A stretch of DNA of 64,000 nt from Escherichia coli (lineage in GTDB: Bacteria > Pseudomonadota > Gammaproteobacteria > Enterobacterales > Enterobacteriaceae), in NCBI RefSeq assembly GCF_003334335.1, contig NZ_QOWQ01000003.1. One strand, written 5' to 3'. The stretch's first letter is position 1; every line of letters begins with the position of its first letter. The notes under the pieces are model-generated. The model saw only the letters and a program-made list of their open reading frames with translations, made no database searches and had not been told where the DNA came from. Position numbers and translations under genes: made by a program. This document shows, in pieces, positions 21,805 through 33,494 of the stretch.

Positions 21805-22569
21805 ATGAAAATAATAACCTGCTTTAAGCTGGTGCCTGAAGAACAGGACATTGTTGTCACTCCAGAATACACCCTGAATTTCGACAATGCCGACGCCAAA
21901 ATCAGCCAGTTCGATCTCAATGCCATTGAAGCTGCAAGCCAGCTCGCAACAGATGACGATGAGATAGCCGCGCTGACCGTTGGCGGCTCATTGTTGCAGA
22001 ACTCGAAAGTGCGCAAAGACGTGCTATCCCGCGGGCCGCACAGCCTGTATTTGGTGCAGGATGCGCAACTTGAACATGCACTGCCTCTCGATACCGCAAA
22101 AGCGCTGGCGGCAGCAATTGAAAAGATCGGCTTCGATTTACTGATCTTTGGTGAAGGTTCCGGCGACCTTTATGCCCAGCAGGTTGGCTTGCTGGTCGGA
22201 GAAATTCTGCAACTTCCGGTGATTAATGCAGTGAGTGCTATTCAGCGTCAGGGCAATACACTGGTGATTGAACGCACGCTTGAAGATGATGTTGAAGTTA
22301 TTGAACTCTCTGTTCCAGCCGTGCTCTGCGTCACCTCCGATATTAACGTGCCACGCATTCCTTCGATGAAAGCCATTCTCGGCGCGGGTAAAAAACCGGT
22401 AAATCAGTGGCAGGCAAGTGATATTGACTGGAGCCAGAGCGCGCCACTTGCTGAACTGGTCGGCATTCGCGTACCGCCGCAAACAGAACGTAAGCACATC
22501 ATTATCGATAACGATTCGCCGGAGGCCATTGCCGAGCTGGCGGAACATCTGAAGAAAGCCCTGAACTGA
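21805..22569 (+). CDS. ydiQ: Electron transfer flavoprotein beta subunit (FixA-like)
   Basis: ORF track opens at 21706; true start at MKIITCFKLVPEEQD after an AGGAG ribosome-binding site (254 aa). Confidence 0.9.
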   Translation: MKIITCFKLVPEEQDIVVTPEYTLNFDNADAKISQFDLNAIEAASQLATDDDEIAALTVGGSLLQNSKVRKDVLSRGPHSLYLVQDAQLEHALPLDTAKALAAAIEKIGFDLLIFGEGSGDLYAQQVGLLVGEILQLPVINAVSAIQRQGNTLVIERTLEDDVEVIELSVPAVLCVTSDINVPRIPSMKAILGAGKKPVNQWQASDIDWSQSAPLAELVGIRVPPQTERKHIIIDNDSPEAIAELAEHLKKALN

Positions 22570-22588
22570 AGCCTACGGAGAAGAAACG

Positions 22589-23527
22589 ATGAGTCAATTA
22601 AACAGCGTCTGGGTCTTTAGCGATAATCCTGAACGTTATGCTGAACTGTTTGGCGGCGCTCAGCAATGGGGCCAACAGGTGTATGCCATTGTACAAAATA
22701 CCGACCAGGCGCAGGCAGTTATGCCTTATGGTCCAAAATGTCTTTATGTTCTTGCGCAAAACGACGCGCTGCAACGCACTGAAAATTACGCCGAAAGCAT
22801 TGCTGCCCTGCTGAAAGATAAACACCCCGCTATGTTGCTGTTGGCCGCGACGAAACGTGGTAAAGCGCTGGCAGCACGGTTAAGTGTGCAACTGAATGCG
22901 GCGCTGGTGAACGATGCCACGGCGGTGGATATTGTCGATGGTCACATTTGCGCCGAACACCGGATGTATGGCGGGTTAGCGTTCGCTCAGGAAAAGATCA
23001 ACAGCCCGCTGGCGATCATTACCCTTGCACCCGGTGTTCAGGAACCGTGCACCAGTGATACCTCTCATCAGTGCCCGACAGAAACGGTACCTTATGTTGC
23101 TCCGCGTCATGAAATTCTCTGTCGCGAACGCCGTGCGAAAGCCGCAAGCAGCGTGGACCTGAGCAAAGCAAAACGTGTGGTTGGCGTCGGTCGTGGACTG
23201 GCGGCGCAGGATGACCTAAAAATGGTCCACGAACTGGCGGCGGTGCTGAATGCTGAAGTCGGCTGTTCACGTCCAATTGCCGAAGGCGAGAACTGGATGG
23301 AGCGTGAACGTTATATCGGTGTCTCCGGCGTGTTGCTGAAATCCGATCTCTACCTGACGCTGGGGATCTCCGGGCAGATCCAGCATATGGTTGGCGGCAA
23401 CGGCGCAAAAGTGATTGTCGCCATCAATAAAGATAAAAATGCGCCAATCTTCAACTATGCCGACTACGGTCTGGTGGGCGATATCTACAAAGTCGTCCCT
23501 GCCCTGATTAGCCAGTTGAGCCGCTAA
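22589..23527 (+). CDS. ydiR: Electron transfer flavoprotein alpha subunit (FixB-like)
   Basis: 312-aa ORF; ETF alpha FAD-binding C-terminal domain. Confidence 0.9.
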   Translation: MSQLNSVWVFSDNPERYAELFGGAQQWGQQVYAIVQNTDQAQAVMPYGPKCLYVLAQNDALQRTENYAESIAALLKDKHPAMLLLAATKRGKALAARLSVQLNAALVNDATAVDIVDGHICAEHRMYGGLAFAQEKINSPLAIITLAPGVQEPCTSDTSHQCPTETVPYVAPRHEILCRERRAKAASSVDLSKAKRVVGVGRGLAAQDDLKMVHELAAVLNAEVGCSRPIAEGENWMERERYIGVSGVLLKSDLYLTLGISGQIQHMVGGNGAKVIVAINKDKNAPIFNYADYGLVGDIYKVVPALISQLSR

Positions 23528-23582
23528 TTCCCCTTTCAACCACATCTCCCGCTGTAAACGCAGCGGGAAGGGAGCATAACGC

Positions 23583-24872
23583 ATGTCGGATGACAAATTT
23601 GATGCCATTGTGGTCGGTGCGGGCGTTGCTGGTAGCGTTGCCGCACTGGTCATGGCACGAGCCGGGCTGGATGTCCTGGTGATAGAACGCGGCGACAGTG
23701 CCGGATGTAAAAACATGACCGGCGGGCGTCTTTATGCCCACACACTTGAAGCAATCATTCCAGGCTTTGCAGTATCAGCGCCGGTAGAACGCAAGGTCAC
23801 ACGCGAGAAAATCTCCTTCTTAACCGAAGAAAGCGCCGTTACCCTCGATTTTCACCGCGAGCAGCCAGATGTTCCGCAACACGCATCTTATACCGTATTG
23901 CGTAATCGTCTGGACCCGTGGTTGATGGAACAAGCCGAGCAGGCGGGCGCGCAGTTTATCCCAGGCGTTCGCGTCGACGCGCTGGTTCGTGAAGGAAACA
24001 AGGTCACTGGCGTGCAGGCTGGGGATGATATTCTCGAAGCGAATGTGGTGATTCTGGCTGATGGCGTTAACTCGATGCTTGGCCGCTCGCTGGGAATGGT
24101 TCCCGCTTCCGATCCGCATCATTACGCTGTTGGTGTTAAAGAGGTTATTGGCCTCACACCAGAACAGATCAACGATCGCTTTAATATTACGGGCGAGGAA
24201 GGTGCCGCCTGGCTGTTTGCCGGTTCCCCTTCTGACGGCCTGATGGGCGGGGGATTTCTCTATACCAACAAGGATTCCATATCCTTGGGGCTGGTTTGTG
24301 GATTGGGTGATATCGCCCATGCGCAAAAAAGCGTGCCGCAAATGCTGGAAGATTTTAAACAACACCCCGCCATTCGCCCGCTGATTAGCGGCGGCAAACT
24401 GCTTGAATATTCCGCGCATATGGTGCCGGAAGGCGGTCTGGCAATGGTGCCGCAACTGGTTAACGAGGGCGTGATGATCGTTGGTGACGCCGCAGGCTTC
24501 TGCCTGAATTTGGGTTTTACGGTCCGCGGCATGGATTTAGCCATTGCATCGGCTCAGGCTGCCGCCACAACGGTGATCGCCGCCAAAGAACGCGCGGATT
24601 TCTCCGCCAGCAGTCTGGCGCAATACAAACGTGAGCTGGAACAAAGCTGCGTCATGCGTGATATGCAGCATTTTCGCAAGATCCCGGCGCTGATGGAAAA
24701 CCCGCGCCTGTTTAGCCAATACCCACGAATGGTAGCCGACATCATGAACGAGATGTTCACCATCGACGGCAAACCAAACCAGCCGGTACGAAAAATGATC
24801 ATGGGACATGCGAAGAAAATTGGGCTGATCAACTTGCTGAAAGATGGCATTAAGGGAGCAACCGCGCTATGA
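23583..24872 (+). CDS. ydiS: FAD-dependent oxidoreductase (ETF-quinone oxidoreductase / FixC-like)
   Basis: 429-aa ORF with N-terminal FAD dinucleotide-binding motif VVGAGVAGS. Confidence 0.9.
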   Translation: MSDDKFDAIVVGAGVAGSVAALVMARAGLDVLVIERGDSAGCKNMTGGRLYAHTLEAIIPGFAVSAPVERKVTREKISFLTEESAVTLDFHREQPDVPQHASYTVLRNRLDPWLMEQAEQAGAQFIPGVRVDALVREGNKVTGVQAGDDILEANVVILADGVNSMLGRSLGMVPASDPHHYAVGVKEVIGLTPEQINDRFNITGEEGAAWLFAGSPSDGLMGGGFLYTNKDSISLGLVCGLGDIAHAQKSVPQMLEDFKQHPAIRPLISGGKLLEYSAHMVPEGGLAMVPQLVNEGVMIVGDAAGFCLNLGFTVRGMDLAIASAQAAATTVIAAKERADFSASSLAQYKRELEQSCVMRDMQHFRKIPALMENPRLFSQYPRMVADIMNEMFTIDGKPNQPVRKMIMGHAKKIGLINLLKDGIKGATAL

Positions 24873-25162
24873 GCCAGAACGCTACGGTTAACGTCGACAT
24901 CAAATTAGGCGTCAATAAATTCCATGTTGATGAGGGCCACCCGCATATCATTCTGGCGGAAAATCCCGATATCAATGAATTCCATAAATTAATGAAAGCC
25001 TGCCCTGCCGGACTTTATAAGCAGGATGACGCAGGAAACATTCATTTTGATTCCGCCGGTTGTCTGGAGTGCGGCACCTGTCGGGTGCTGTGCGGTAACA
25101 CTATTCTCGAACAGTGGCAATATCCCGCAGGCACCTTCGGTATTGATTTTCGCTACGGCTAA
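24869..25162 (+). CDS. ydiT: Ferredoxin-like protein (FixX-like)
   Basis: 97-aa ORF with Cys motif CLECGTCRVLC; start overlaps the ydiS stop (ATGA). Confidence 0.88.
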   Translation: MSQNATVNVDIKLGVNKFHVDEGHPHIILAENPDINEFHKLMKACPAGLYKQDDAGNIHFDSAGCLECGTCRVLCGNTILEQWQYPAGTFGIDFRYG

Positions 25163-25218
25163 TCATGCATCCCACAGGCCCGCATCTCGGGCCTGATGTT
25201 CTGTTTCGAGAGTCCAAC

Positions 25219-26865
25219 ATGAAAGTGACATTAACGTTTAACGAACAACGTCGTGCGGCGTATCGTCAGCAAGGGTTATGGGGCGATGCTTCGCTGGCCG
25301 ATTACTGGCAGCAGACCGCTCGTGCGATGCCAGACAAAATTGCCGTGGTCGATAATCATGGTGCATCGTACACCTATAGCGCGCTCGATCACGCCGCGAG
25401 CTGTCTGGCAAACTGGATGTTAGCGAAGGGTATTGAATCAGGCGATCGCATCGCATTTCAACTGCCTGGCTGGTGTGAATTTACCGTTATCTATCTTGCC
25501 TGCCTGAAAATCGGTGCAGTTTCCGTGCCGCTGTTGCCTTCCTGGCGGGAAGCAGAACTGGTGTGGGTGCTCAATAAGTGTCAGGCAAAAATGTTCTTTG
25601 CACCGACGTTGTTTAAACAAACGCGTCCGGTAGATTTAATCCTGCCGCTGCAAAATCAGCTTCCACAACTACAACAAATTGTCGGCGTGGACAAACTGGC
25701 TCCCGCCACCTCTTCCCTCTCATTAAGTCAGATTATCGCCGACAATACCTCACTGACCACGGCGATAACGACCCACGGCGATGAATTAGCTGCGGTGCTG
25801 TTTACCTCCGGAACCGAGGGTCTGCCAAAGGGCGTGATGCTAACGCATAACAATATTCTCGCCAGTGAGCGGGCTTATTGCGCGCGACTGAATCTGACCT
25901 GGCAGGATGTCTTTATGATGCCTGCGCCACTTGGTCACGCAACGGGCTTTCTGCATGGCGTAACGGCACCATTCTTAATTGGCGCTCGCAGCGTGTTGTT
26001 AGATATTTTCACTCCTGATGCGTGTCTCGCGCTGCTTGAGCAGCAGCGTTGCACCTGTATGCTCGGCGCAACGCCGTTTGTCTATGATCTTTTGAATGTA
26101 CTAGAGAAACAACCCGCGGACCTTTCAGCGCTGCGTTTCTTTCTTTGCGGCGGAACCACAATCCCCAAAAAAGTGGCGCGTGAATGCCAGCAGCGCGGCA
26201 TTAAATTATTAAGTGTTTATGGTTCCACAGAAAGTTCGCCGCATGCGGTGGTGAATCTCGATGATCCTTTGTCGCGCTTTATGCACACCGATGGTTACGC
26301 TGCCGCAGGTGTAGAGATTAAAGTGGTCGATGACGCACGCAAGACCTTACCGCCAGGTTGCGAAGGTGAAGAAGCCTCGCGTGGCCCCAATGTGTTTATG
26401 GGGTATTTTGATGAACCTGAATTAACCGCCCGTGCCCTGGATGAAGAAGGCTGGTATTACAGCGGCGATCTCTGCCGTATGGATGAGGCTGGCTATATAA
26501 AAATTACCGGACGCAAAAAAGATATTATTGTCCGCGGCGGCGAAAATATTAGCAGCCGTGAAGTGGAAGATATTTTATTGCAGCATCCTAAAATTCACGA
26601 TGCCTGTGTGGTTGCAATGTCCGATGAACGTTTAGGTGAACGATCATGCGCTTATGTCGTGCTGAAAGCGCCGCATCATTCATTATCGCTGGAAGAGGTA
26701 GTGGCTTTTTTTAGCCGTAAACGGGTCGCAAAATATAAATATCCTGAACATATCGTGGTAATCGAAAAACTACCGCGAACTACCTCAGGTAAAATACAAA
26801 AGTTTTTGTTAAGAAAAGATATTATGCGGCGTTTAACGCAGGATGTCTGTGAAGAGATTGAATAA
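25219..26865 (+). CDS. fadK: Short-chain acyl-CoA synthetase (AMP-forming)
   Basis: Adenylate-forming enzyme motifs (TSGTEGLPKGV). ORF track opens at ATG 25165 (566 aa), 2 nt after the ydiT stop; I chose the internal MKVTLTFNEQ start (548 aa) but cannot exclude 25165. Confidence 0.9.
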   Translation: MKVTLTFNEQRRAAYRQQGLWGDASLADYWQQTARAMPDKIAVVDNHGASYTYSALDHAASCLANWMLAKGIESGDRIAFQLPGWCEFTVIYLACLKIGAVSVPLLPSWREAELVWVLNKCQAKMFFAPTLFKQTRPVDLILPLQNQLPQLQQIVGVDKLAPATSSLSLSQIIADNTSLTTAITTHGDELAAVLFTSGTEGLPKGVMLTHNNILASERAYCARLNLTWQDVFMMPAPLGHATGFLHGVTAPFLIGARSVLLDIFTPDACLALLEQQRCTCMLGATPFVYDLLNVLEKQPADLSALRFFLCGGTTIPKKVARECQQRGIKLLSVYGSTESSPHAVVNLDDPLSRFMHTDGYAAAGVEIKVVDDARKTLPPGCEGEEASRGPNVFMGYFDEPELTARALDEEGWYYSGDLCRMDEAGYIKITGRKKDIIVRGGENISSREVEDILLQHPKIHDACVVAMSDERLGERSCAYVVLKAPHHSLSLEEVVAFFSRKRVAKYKYPEHIVVIEKLPRTTSGKIQKFLLRKDIMRRLTQDVCEEIE

Positions 26866-26889
26866 GTTTCATCTTCGGGGATCACATAA

Positions 26890-26930
26890 CCCCGGCGACT
26901 AAACGCCGCCGGGGATTTATTTTATTTCTT
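26890..26930 (+). terminator. Intrinsic terminator downstream of fadK (between convergent fadK and ppsA)
   Basis: Hairpin CCCCGGCG...GCCGCCGGGG followed by ATTTATTTTATTTC on the plus strand. Confidence 0.6.
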
Positions 26931-29300
26931 CAGTTCAGCCAGGCTTAACCAGGTTTGCACCACGGTGTCCGGGTTCAGAGACAGGCTATCGATCCCCTCT
27001 TCCATCAACCATGCGGCAAAGTCTTCGTGGTCGGACGGACCCTGACCGCAAATCCCGACATATTTGCCCTGTTTCTTCGCGGCACGGATAGCCATCGACA
27101 GCAGTGCTTTCACCGCATCGTTGCGCTCATCGAACAATTCAGACACCACGCCGGAGTCACGGTCCAGACCGAGCGCCAGCTGCGTCATATCGTTTGAGCC
27201 AATTGAGAAGCCGTCGAAATATTCGAGGAACTGCTCGGCCAGCAAGGCGTTGGACGGGATTTCACACATCATGATGATTTTCAGCCCGTTCTCGCCACGT
27301 TTCAGCCCCTGACGCGCCAGTTCTTCAACCACCGCTTTCGCCTGATCTACGGTACGCACGAACGGGATCATGATCTCAACGTTGGTCAGTCCCATGTCGT
27401 TGCGCACACGTTTCACTGCTTCACACTCCAGCGCGAAACAGTCGCGGAAGCTGTCGGAAACATAGCGGCCCGCGCCACGGAAGCCGAGCATCGGGTTCTC
27501 TTCATCTGGCTCGTAACGCTCACCACCGACCAGGTTGGCATATTCGTTCGATTTAAAATCAGAGAGACGGACAATGACGCGCTTCGGATAAAACGCGGCA
27601 CCCAGCGTCGCGATCCCTTCAGTCAGACGACCAACGTAAAATTCACGCGGAGAATCAAAACCTTTCATCATCTCGCGGATTTCGTTTTGCAACTGCGGTT
27701 CCTGATCGTCAAACTCAAGCAGTGCGCGTGGGTGGACGCCAATCATACGGTTGATGATAAATTCCAGACGCGCAAGGCCCACGCCTTCGTTCGGTAGGCA
27801 GGCGAAGTCGAAAGCACGGTCCGGGTTACCGACGTTCATCATCACTTTCAACGGCAGATCCGGCATCGTTTCTACGCTGGAGCTTTTCACGCTAAATTCC
27901 AGCAACTCCGCATAGACGTAACCGGTATCACCTTCGGCACAAGAAACAGTGACGTTCTCACCGTCTTTCATCCGTTCTGTTGCATCTCCACAGCCCACTA
28001 CCGCCGGAATGCCCAGTTCACGAGCGATGATCGCCGCGTGACAGGTACGACCGCCACGGTTGGTGACGATGGCAGATGCTTTCTTCATGATCGGTTCCCA
28101 GTCCGGGTCGGTCATGTCAGTAACCAGCACGTCGCCAGGTTCGATGCGGTTCATTTCGCTGATGTCATGGATGACTTTCACCGGACCCGCACCGATGCGA
28201 TGACCGATAGCACGGCCTTCGGCGATAATCTTACCCTGTGAATGCAGCGTATAACGCTCCATGACCTGACCGCGTGAGCGCACGGTTTCCGGACGCGCCT
28301 GCACAATGAACAGTTTACCGGTGTGGCCATCTTTCGCCCACTCAATATCCATCGGGCGACCGTAGTGTTTCTCAATTTGTACGGCCTGTTTTGCCAGTTC
28401 CTGCACTTCTTCGTTGGTCAGCGAGAAGATGTCACGCTGTTCCTGCGGTACGTCTTCGATTTTAACCTGCTTGCCGTGCTCCTGGGTCGGCGCGTAAACC
28501 ATGCGGATTTTTTTCGACCCCATGGTGCGGCGCACGATAGCCGGGCGATTCGCCGCCAGTGTCGGTTTATGCACGTAAAACTCATCCGGGTTAACCGCAC
28601 CCTGCACGACCATCTCACCAAGGCCCCATGCGGAAGTGATAAACACCACCTGGTCAAAGCCGGATTCGGTATCAATGGAGAACATCACGCCAGATGATGC
28701 GAGGTCAGAGCGCACCATCCGTTGAACACCGGCGGAGAGCGCCACACCACGGTGATCGTAACCCTGGTGCACACGATAAGAGATGGCGCGATCGTTAAAC
28801 AGAGAAGCAAATACATGTTTCACTGCCACGAGAACGGCGTCAAAACCCTGAACGTTGAGGAAGGTTTCCTGCTGACCGGCAAAAGAAGCGTCCGGCATAT
28901 CTTCTGCGGTGGCGGAGGAGCGCACCGCAAAAGAGGCGTTTTCGTCATCGGCGGAAAGCTGTGCATAGGCTTCGCGGATGGCGTTTTCCAGCTCAGGCTG
29001 GAAGGGAGTGTCGATAATCCACTGGCGGATTTGCGCGCCCGCTTTCGCAAGCTGAGTAACATCGTCAATATCCGTTTTATCCAGCAGTTCATAAATGCGC
29101 TGGTTTACGCCGCTTTGGTCCAGAAACTGGTTAAACGCGTCGGCGGTTGTGGCGAAACCATTCGGAACGGAAACACCCATTCCGGAAAGATTAGTAATCA
29201 TTTCACCCAGGGAGGCATTTTTGCCCCCAACCCTGTCTACATCATTCATGCCGAGTTGGTTATACCAAAGCACCAGCGGTGACGAGCCATTGTTGGACAT
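26922..29300 (-). CDS. ppsA: Phosphoenolpyruvate synthase
   Basis: 792-aa ORF; PEP-utilising enzyme family. Confidence 0.97.
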   Translation of the reverse strand: MSNNGSSPLVLWYNQLGMNDVDRVGGKNASLGEMITNLSGMGVSVPNGFATTADAFNQFLDQSGVNQRIYELLDKTDIDDVTQLAKAGAQIRQWIIDTPFQPELENAIREAYAQLSADDENASFAVRSSATAEDMPDASFAGQQETFLNVQGFDAVLVAVKHVFASLFNDRAISYRVHQGYDHRGVALSAGVQRMVRSDLASSGVMFSIDTESGFDQVVFITSAWGLGEMVVQGAVNPDEFYVHKPTLAANRPAIVRRTMGSKKIRMVYAPTQEHGKQVKIEDVPQEQRDIFSLTNEEVQELAKQAVQIEKHYGRPMDIEWAKDGHTGKLFIVQARPETVRSRGQVMERYTLHSQGKIIAEGRAIGHRIGAGPVKVIHDISEMNRIEPGDVLVTDMTDPDWEPIMKKASAIVTNRGGRTCHAAIIARELGIPAVVGCGDATERMKDGENVTVSCAEGDTGYVYAELLEFSVKSSSVETMPDLPLKVMMNVGNPDRAFDFACLPNEGVGLARLEFIINRMIGVHPRALLEFDDQEPQLQNEIREMMKGFDSPREFYVGRLTEGIATLGAAFYPKRVIVRLSDFKSNEYANLVGGERYEPDEENPMLGFRGAGRYVSDSFRDCFALECEAVKRVRNDMGLTNVEIMIPFVRTVDQAKAVVEELARQGLKRGENGLKIIMMCEIPSNALLAEQFLEYFDGFSIGSNDMTQLALGLDRDSGVVSELFDERNDAVKALLSMAIRAAKKQGKYVGICGQGPSDHEDFAAWLMEEGIDSLSLNPDTVVQTWLSLAELKK

Positions 29301-29386
29301 CGAACAATCCTTTTGTGATAAATGAACGGTTTGAGAAACACATTTCTGCGCATTTATCTTTGCATATTTAACCGGATGAAAAAAAC

Positions 29387-29402
29387 GGTGAATCGTTCAA
29401 GC
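29387..29402. promoter_or_regulatory. Putative Cra (FruR) operator in the ppsA promoter
   Basis: GGTGAATCGTTCAAGC in the ppsA-ppsR divergent spacer resembles the Cra consensus GCTGAAAC/GTTTCAGC; ppsA is a known Cra-activated gene. Confidence 0.45.
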
Positions 29403-29632
29403 AAATATATTTTTTTACTTTTTAAGACTGATCCCAGCGTTGCGCAAATCTGCTCTCTTCGACAATTTCCACATAAACCATCGGTATAAACGAAACCATA
29501 AAAATGAAATGCTGTTTTCATAAAAAATAAAATTGAAGGTTCATTTTATAAACCAGACATAACGTTCTACGCTTCTGTGCGTTTTTAATTTATGCTTTCA
29601 TAGAATTATGTCTGCATCACGGGAAGAACAAA

Positions 29633-30466
29633 ATGGATAATGCTGTTGATCGCCACGTTTTTTATATTTCTGATGGTACGGCAATAACTGCGGAGGTATT
29701 AGGACACGCAGTAATGTCACAATTTCCCGTCACTATCAGCAGCATCACGCTGCCGTTTGTCGAAAATGAGAGCCGTGCACGGGCAGTGAAGGATCAGATT
29801 GACGCAATTTATCACCAGACAGGCGTGCGCCCGCTGGTCTTCTACTCCATCGTGTTGCCGGAGATTCGCGCCATCATCTTGCAAAGTGAAGGCTTTTGCC
29901 AGGATATCGTTCAGGCGCTGGTTGCCCCGCTACAACAAGAGATGAAACTGGATCCAACGCCGATTGCTCATCGTACCCATGGCCTTAACCCTAATAATCT
30001 CAATAAATATGATGCGCGCATTGCGGCGATTGATTACACCCTCGCCCACGATGACGGCATTTCGTTGCGCAATCTGGACCAGGCTCAGGTGATCCTGCTC
30101 GGTGTTTCTCGCTGTGGTAAAACCCCCACCAGTCTGTATCTGGCAATGCAGTTTGGTATCCGCGCGGCAAACTACCCCTTTATTGCCGACGATATGGATA
30201 ATCTGGTGCTACCCGCGTCGCTCAAACCGCTTCAGCATAAATTGTTCGGCCTGACTATCGACCCGGAACGTCTGGCGGCGATTCGCGAGGAACGTCGGGA
30301 GAACAGTCGCTATGCCTCGCTTCGTCAGTGCAGGATGGAAGTCGCGGAAGTGGAAGCCTTGTACCGTAAAAATCAGATCCCGTGGATTAACAGTACCAAT
30401 TATTCGGTAGAAGAGATTGCCACCAAGATCCTCGATATCATGGGCCTTAGTCGCCGAATGTACTAG
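29633..30466 (+). CDS. ppsR: PEP synthase regulatory protein (bifunctional kinase/pyrophosphorylase)
   Basis: 277-aa ORF with P-loop GVSRCGKT; divergent from ppsA. Confidence 0.93.
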
Positions 30467-30477
30467 AGAACTAGTGC
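30460..30477. promoter_or_regulatory. TrpR operator of aroH
   Basis: GTACTAGAGAACTAGTGC contains the palindromic Trp repressor operator core ACTAGAGAACTAGT; overlaps the ppsR TAG stop, about 150 nt upstream of the aroH ATG. Confidence 0.7.
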
Positions 30478-30622
30478 ATTAGCTTATTTTTTTGTTATCA
30501 TGCTAACCACCCGGCGAGGTGTGACACACCTCGCACTTGAAATCAGCAGCGATTGGTTTATCGTGATGCGCATCACTTCCCGGCAGTCCTGCCGTAGAAG
30601 CAACAAATTTCTGAGACTTGTA

Positions 30623-31669
30623 ATGAACAGAACTGACGAACTCCGTACTGCGCGTATTGAGAGCCTGGTAACGCCCGCCGAACTCGCGCTACGGTATCCC
30701 GTAACGCCTGGCGTCGCCACCCATGTCACCGACTCCCGCCGCAGAATTGAAAAAATACTGAATGGTGAAGATAAGCGACTGTTGGTCATTATTGGCCCCT
30801 GCTCGATCCACGATCTCACCGCTGCAATGGAGTACGCCACCCGTCTGCAGTCGCTGCGCAACCAGTACCAGTCACGGCTGGAAATCGTAATGCGCACCTA
30901 TTTTGAAAAACCACGAACTGTTGTCGGCTGGAAAGGACTAATCTCCGATCCAGATTTAAACGGCAGCTATCGGGTAAATCACGGTCTGGAGCTGGCGCGC
31001 AAATTACTTTTACAGGTAAATGAGCTGGGCGTCCCAACCGCGACCGAGTTCCTCGATATGGTGACCGGTCAGTTTATTGCTGATTTAATCAGTTGGGGCG
31101 CGATTGGCGCACGTACTACCGAAAGTCAGATCCACCGCGAAATGGCTTCGGCACTCTCCTGTCCGGTAGGTTTTAAAAATGGTACCGATGGCAATACGCG
31201 GATTGCTGTGGATGCTATCCGCGCAGCCCGCGCCAGCCATATGTTCCTCTCGCCAGACAAAAATGGTCAGATGACCATCTATCAGACCAGCGGCAACCCG
31301 TATGGCCACATTATTATGCGTGGCGGCAAAAAACCGAATTATCATGCCGATGATATCGCCGCAGCCTGCGATACGCTGCACGAGTTTGATTTACCTGAAC
31401 ATCTGGTGGTGGATTTCAGCCACGGTAACTGCCAGAAGCAGCACCGTCGCCAGTTAGAAGTTTGTGAGGATATTTGTCAGCAAATCCGCAATGGCTCTAC
31501 GGCGATTGCTGGAATTATGGCGGAAAGTTTCCTGCGCGAAGGAACGCAAAAAATCGTCGGCAGTCAGCCGCTCACTTACGGTCAATCCATTACCGACCCG
31601 TGTCTGGGCTGGGAGGATACCGAACGCCTGGTCGAAAAACTCGCCTCTGCGGTAGATACCCGCTTCTGA
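30623..31669 (+). CDS. aroH: DAHP synthase, Trp-sensitive
   Basis: ORF track opens at 30500 (389 aa); start set at MNRTDELRTARIESL (348 aa). Confidence 0.95.
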   Translation: MNRTDELRTARIESLVTPAELALRYPVTPGVATHVTDSRRRIEKILNGEDKRLLVIIGPCSIHDLTAAMEYATRLQSLRNQYQSRLEIVMRTYFEKPRTVVGWKGLISDPDLNGSYRVNHGLELARKLLLQVNELGVPTATEFLDMVTGQFIADLISWGAIGARTTESQIHREMASALSCPVGFKNGTDGNTRIAVDAIRAARASHMFLSPDKNGQMTIYQTSGNPYGHIIMRGGKKPNYHADDIAAACDTLHEFDLPEHLVVDFSHGNCQKQHRRQLEVCEDICQQIRNGSTAIAGIMAESFLREGTQKIVGSQPLTYGQSITDPCLGWEDTERLVEKLASAVDTRF

Positions 31670-31684
31670 ATGCGTGCCCATTCC

Positions 31685-31714
31685 TGACGGAATGGGCATT
31701 TCTGCGCAACTTGT
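31685..31714 (+). terminator. Intrinsic terminator after aroH
   Basis: Hairpin TGCCCATTCC-TGAC-GGAATGGGCA followed by TTTCTG. Confidence 0.55.
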
Positions 31715-31759
31715 TGTCTTCTCAACAAATTACTGCTTGCTCTGGTCAGCCATAATATT

Positions 31760-31780
31760 GATAATAAGAATCATTGTTAT
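31760..31780. promoter_or_regulatory. Fur box upstream of ydiE
   Basis: GATAATAAGAATCATTGTTAT just upstream of the ydiE start; good match to the Fur consensus. Confidence 0.6.
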
Positions 31781-31800
31781 ATCAATTATTATTAATTTTT

Positions 31801-31992
31801 ATGCGTTATACGGATAGCAGAAAACTCACGCCTGAAACGGATGCCAATCACAAGACCGCTTCCCCGCAGCCTATTCGGCGAATTTCCAGCCAGACACTGT
31901 TAGGTCCGGATGGCAAACTGATTATCGATCATGACGGGCAAGAATATCTGCTCCGTAAAACTCAGGCTGGCAAGCTGCTGTTGACCAAGTAG
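31801..31992 (+). CDS. ydiE: HemP-like small protein
   Basis: 63-aa product from internal ATG (MRYTDSRKL); HemP/HmuP-like; Fur box upstream. Confidence 0.8.
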
Positions 31993-31995
31993 CCT

Positions 31996-33471
<1,476 letters not shown>

Positions 33472-33494
33472 TTAAACACCAGCAAACAGAAGGG

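Noticed and set aside
25165-25218. Upstream ATG for fadK (566-aa form) 2 nt after the ydiT stop
   Set aside because: Not fully rejected. I chose the internal start because it places the acyl-CoA synthetase N-terminal region at the usual distance, but coupling to ydiT could favour 25165.
30500-30622. N-terminal 41-codon extension of aroH from the ORF track
   Set aside because: The extension runs through the TrpR operator/promoter; DAHP synthase homology starts at MNRTDELR.
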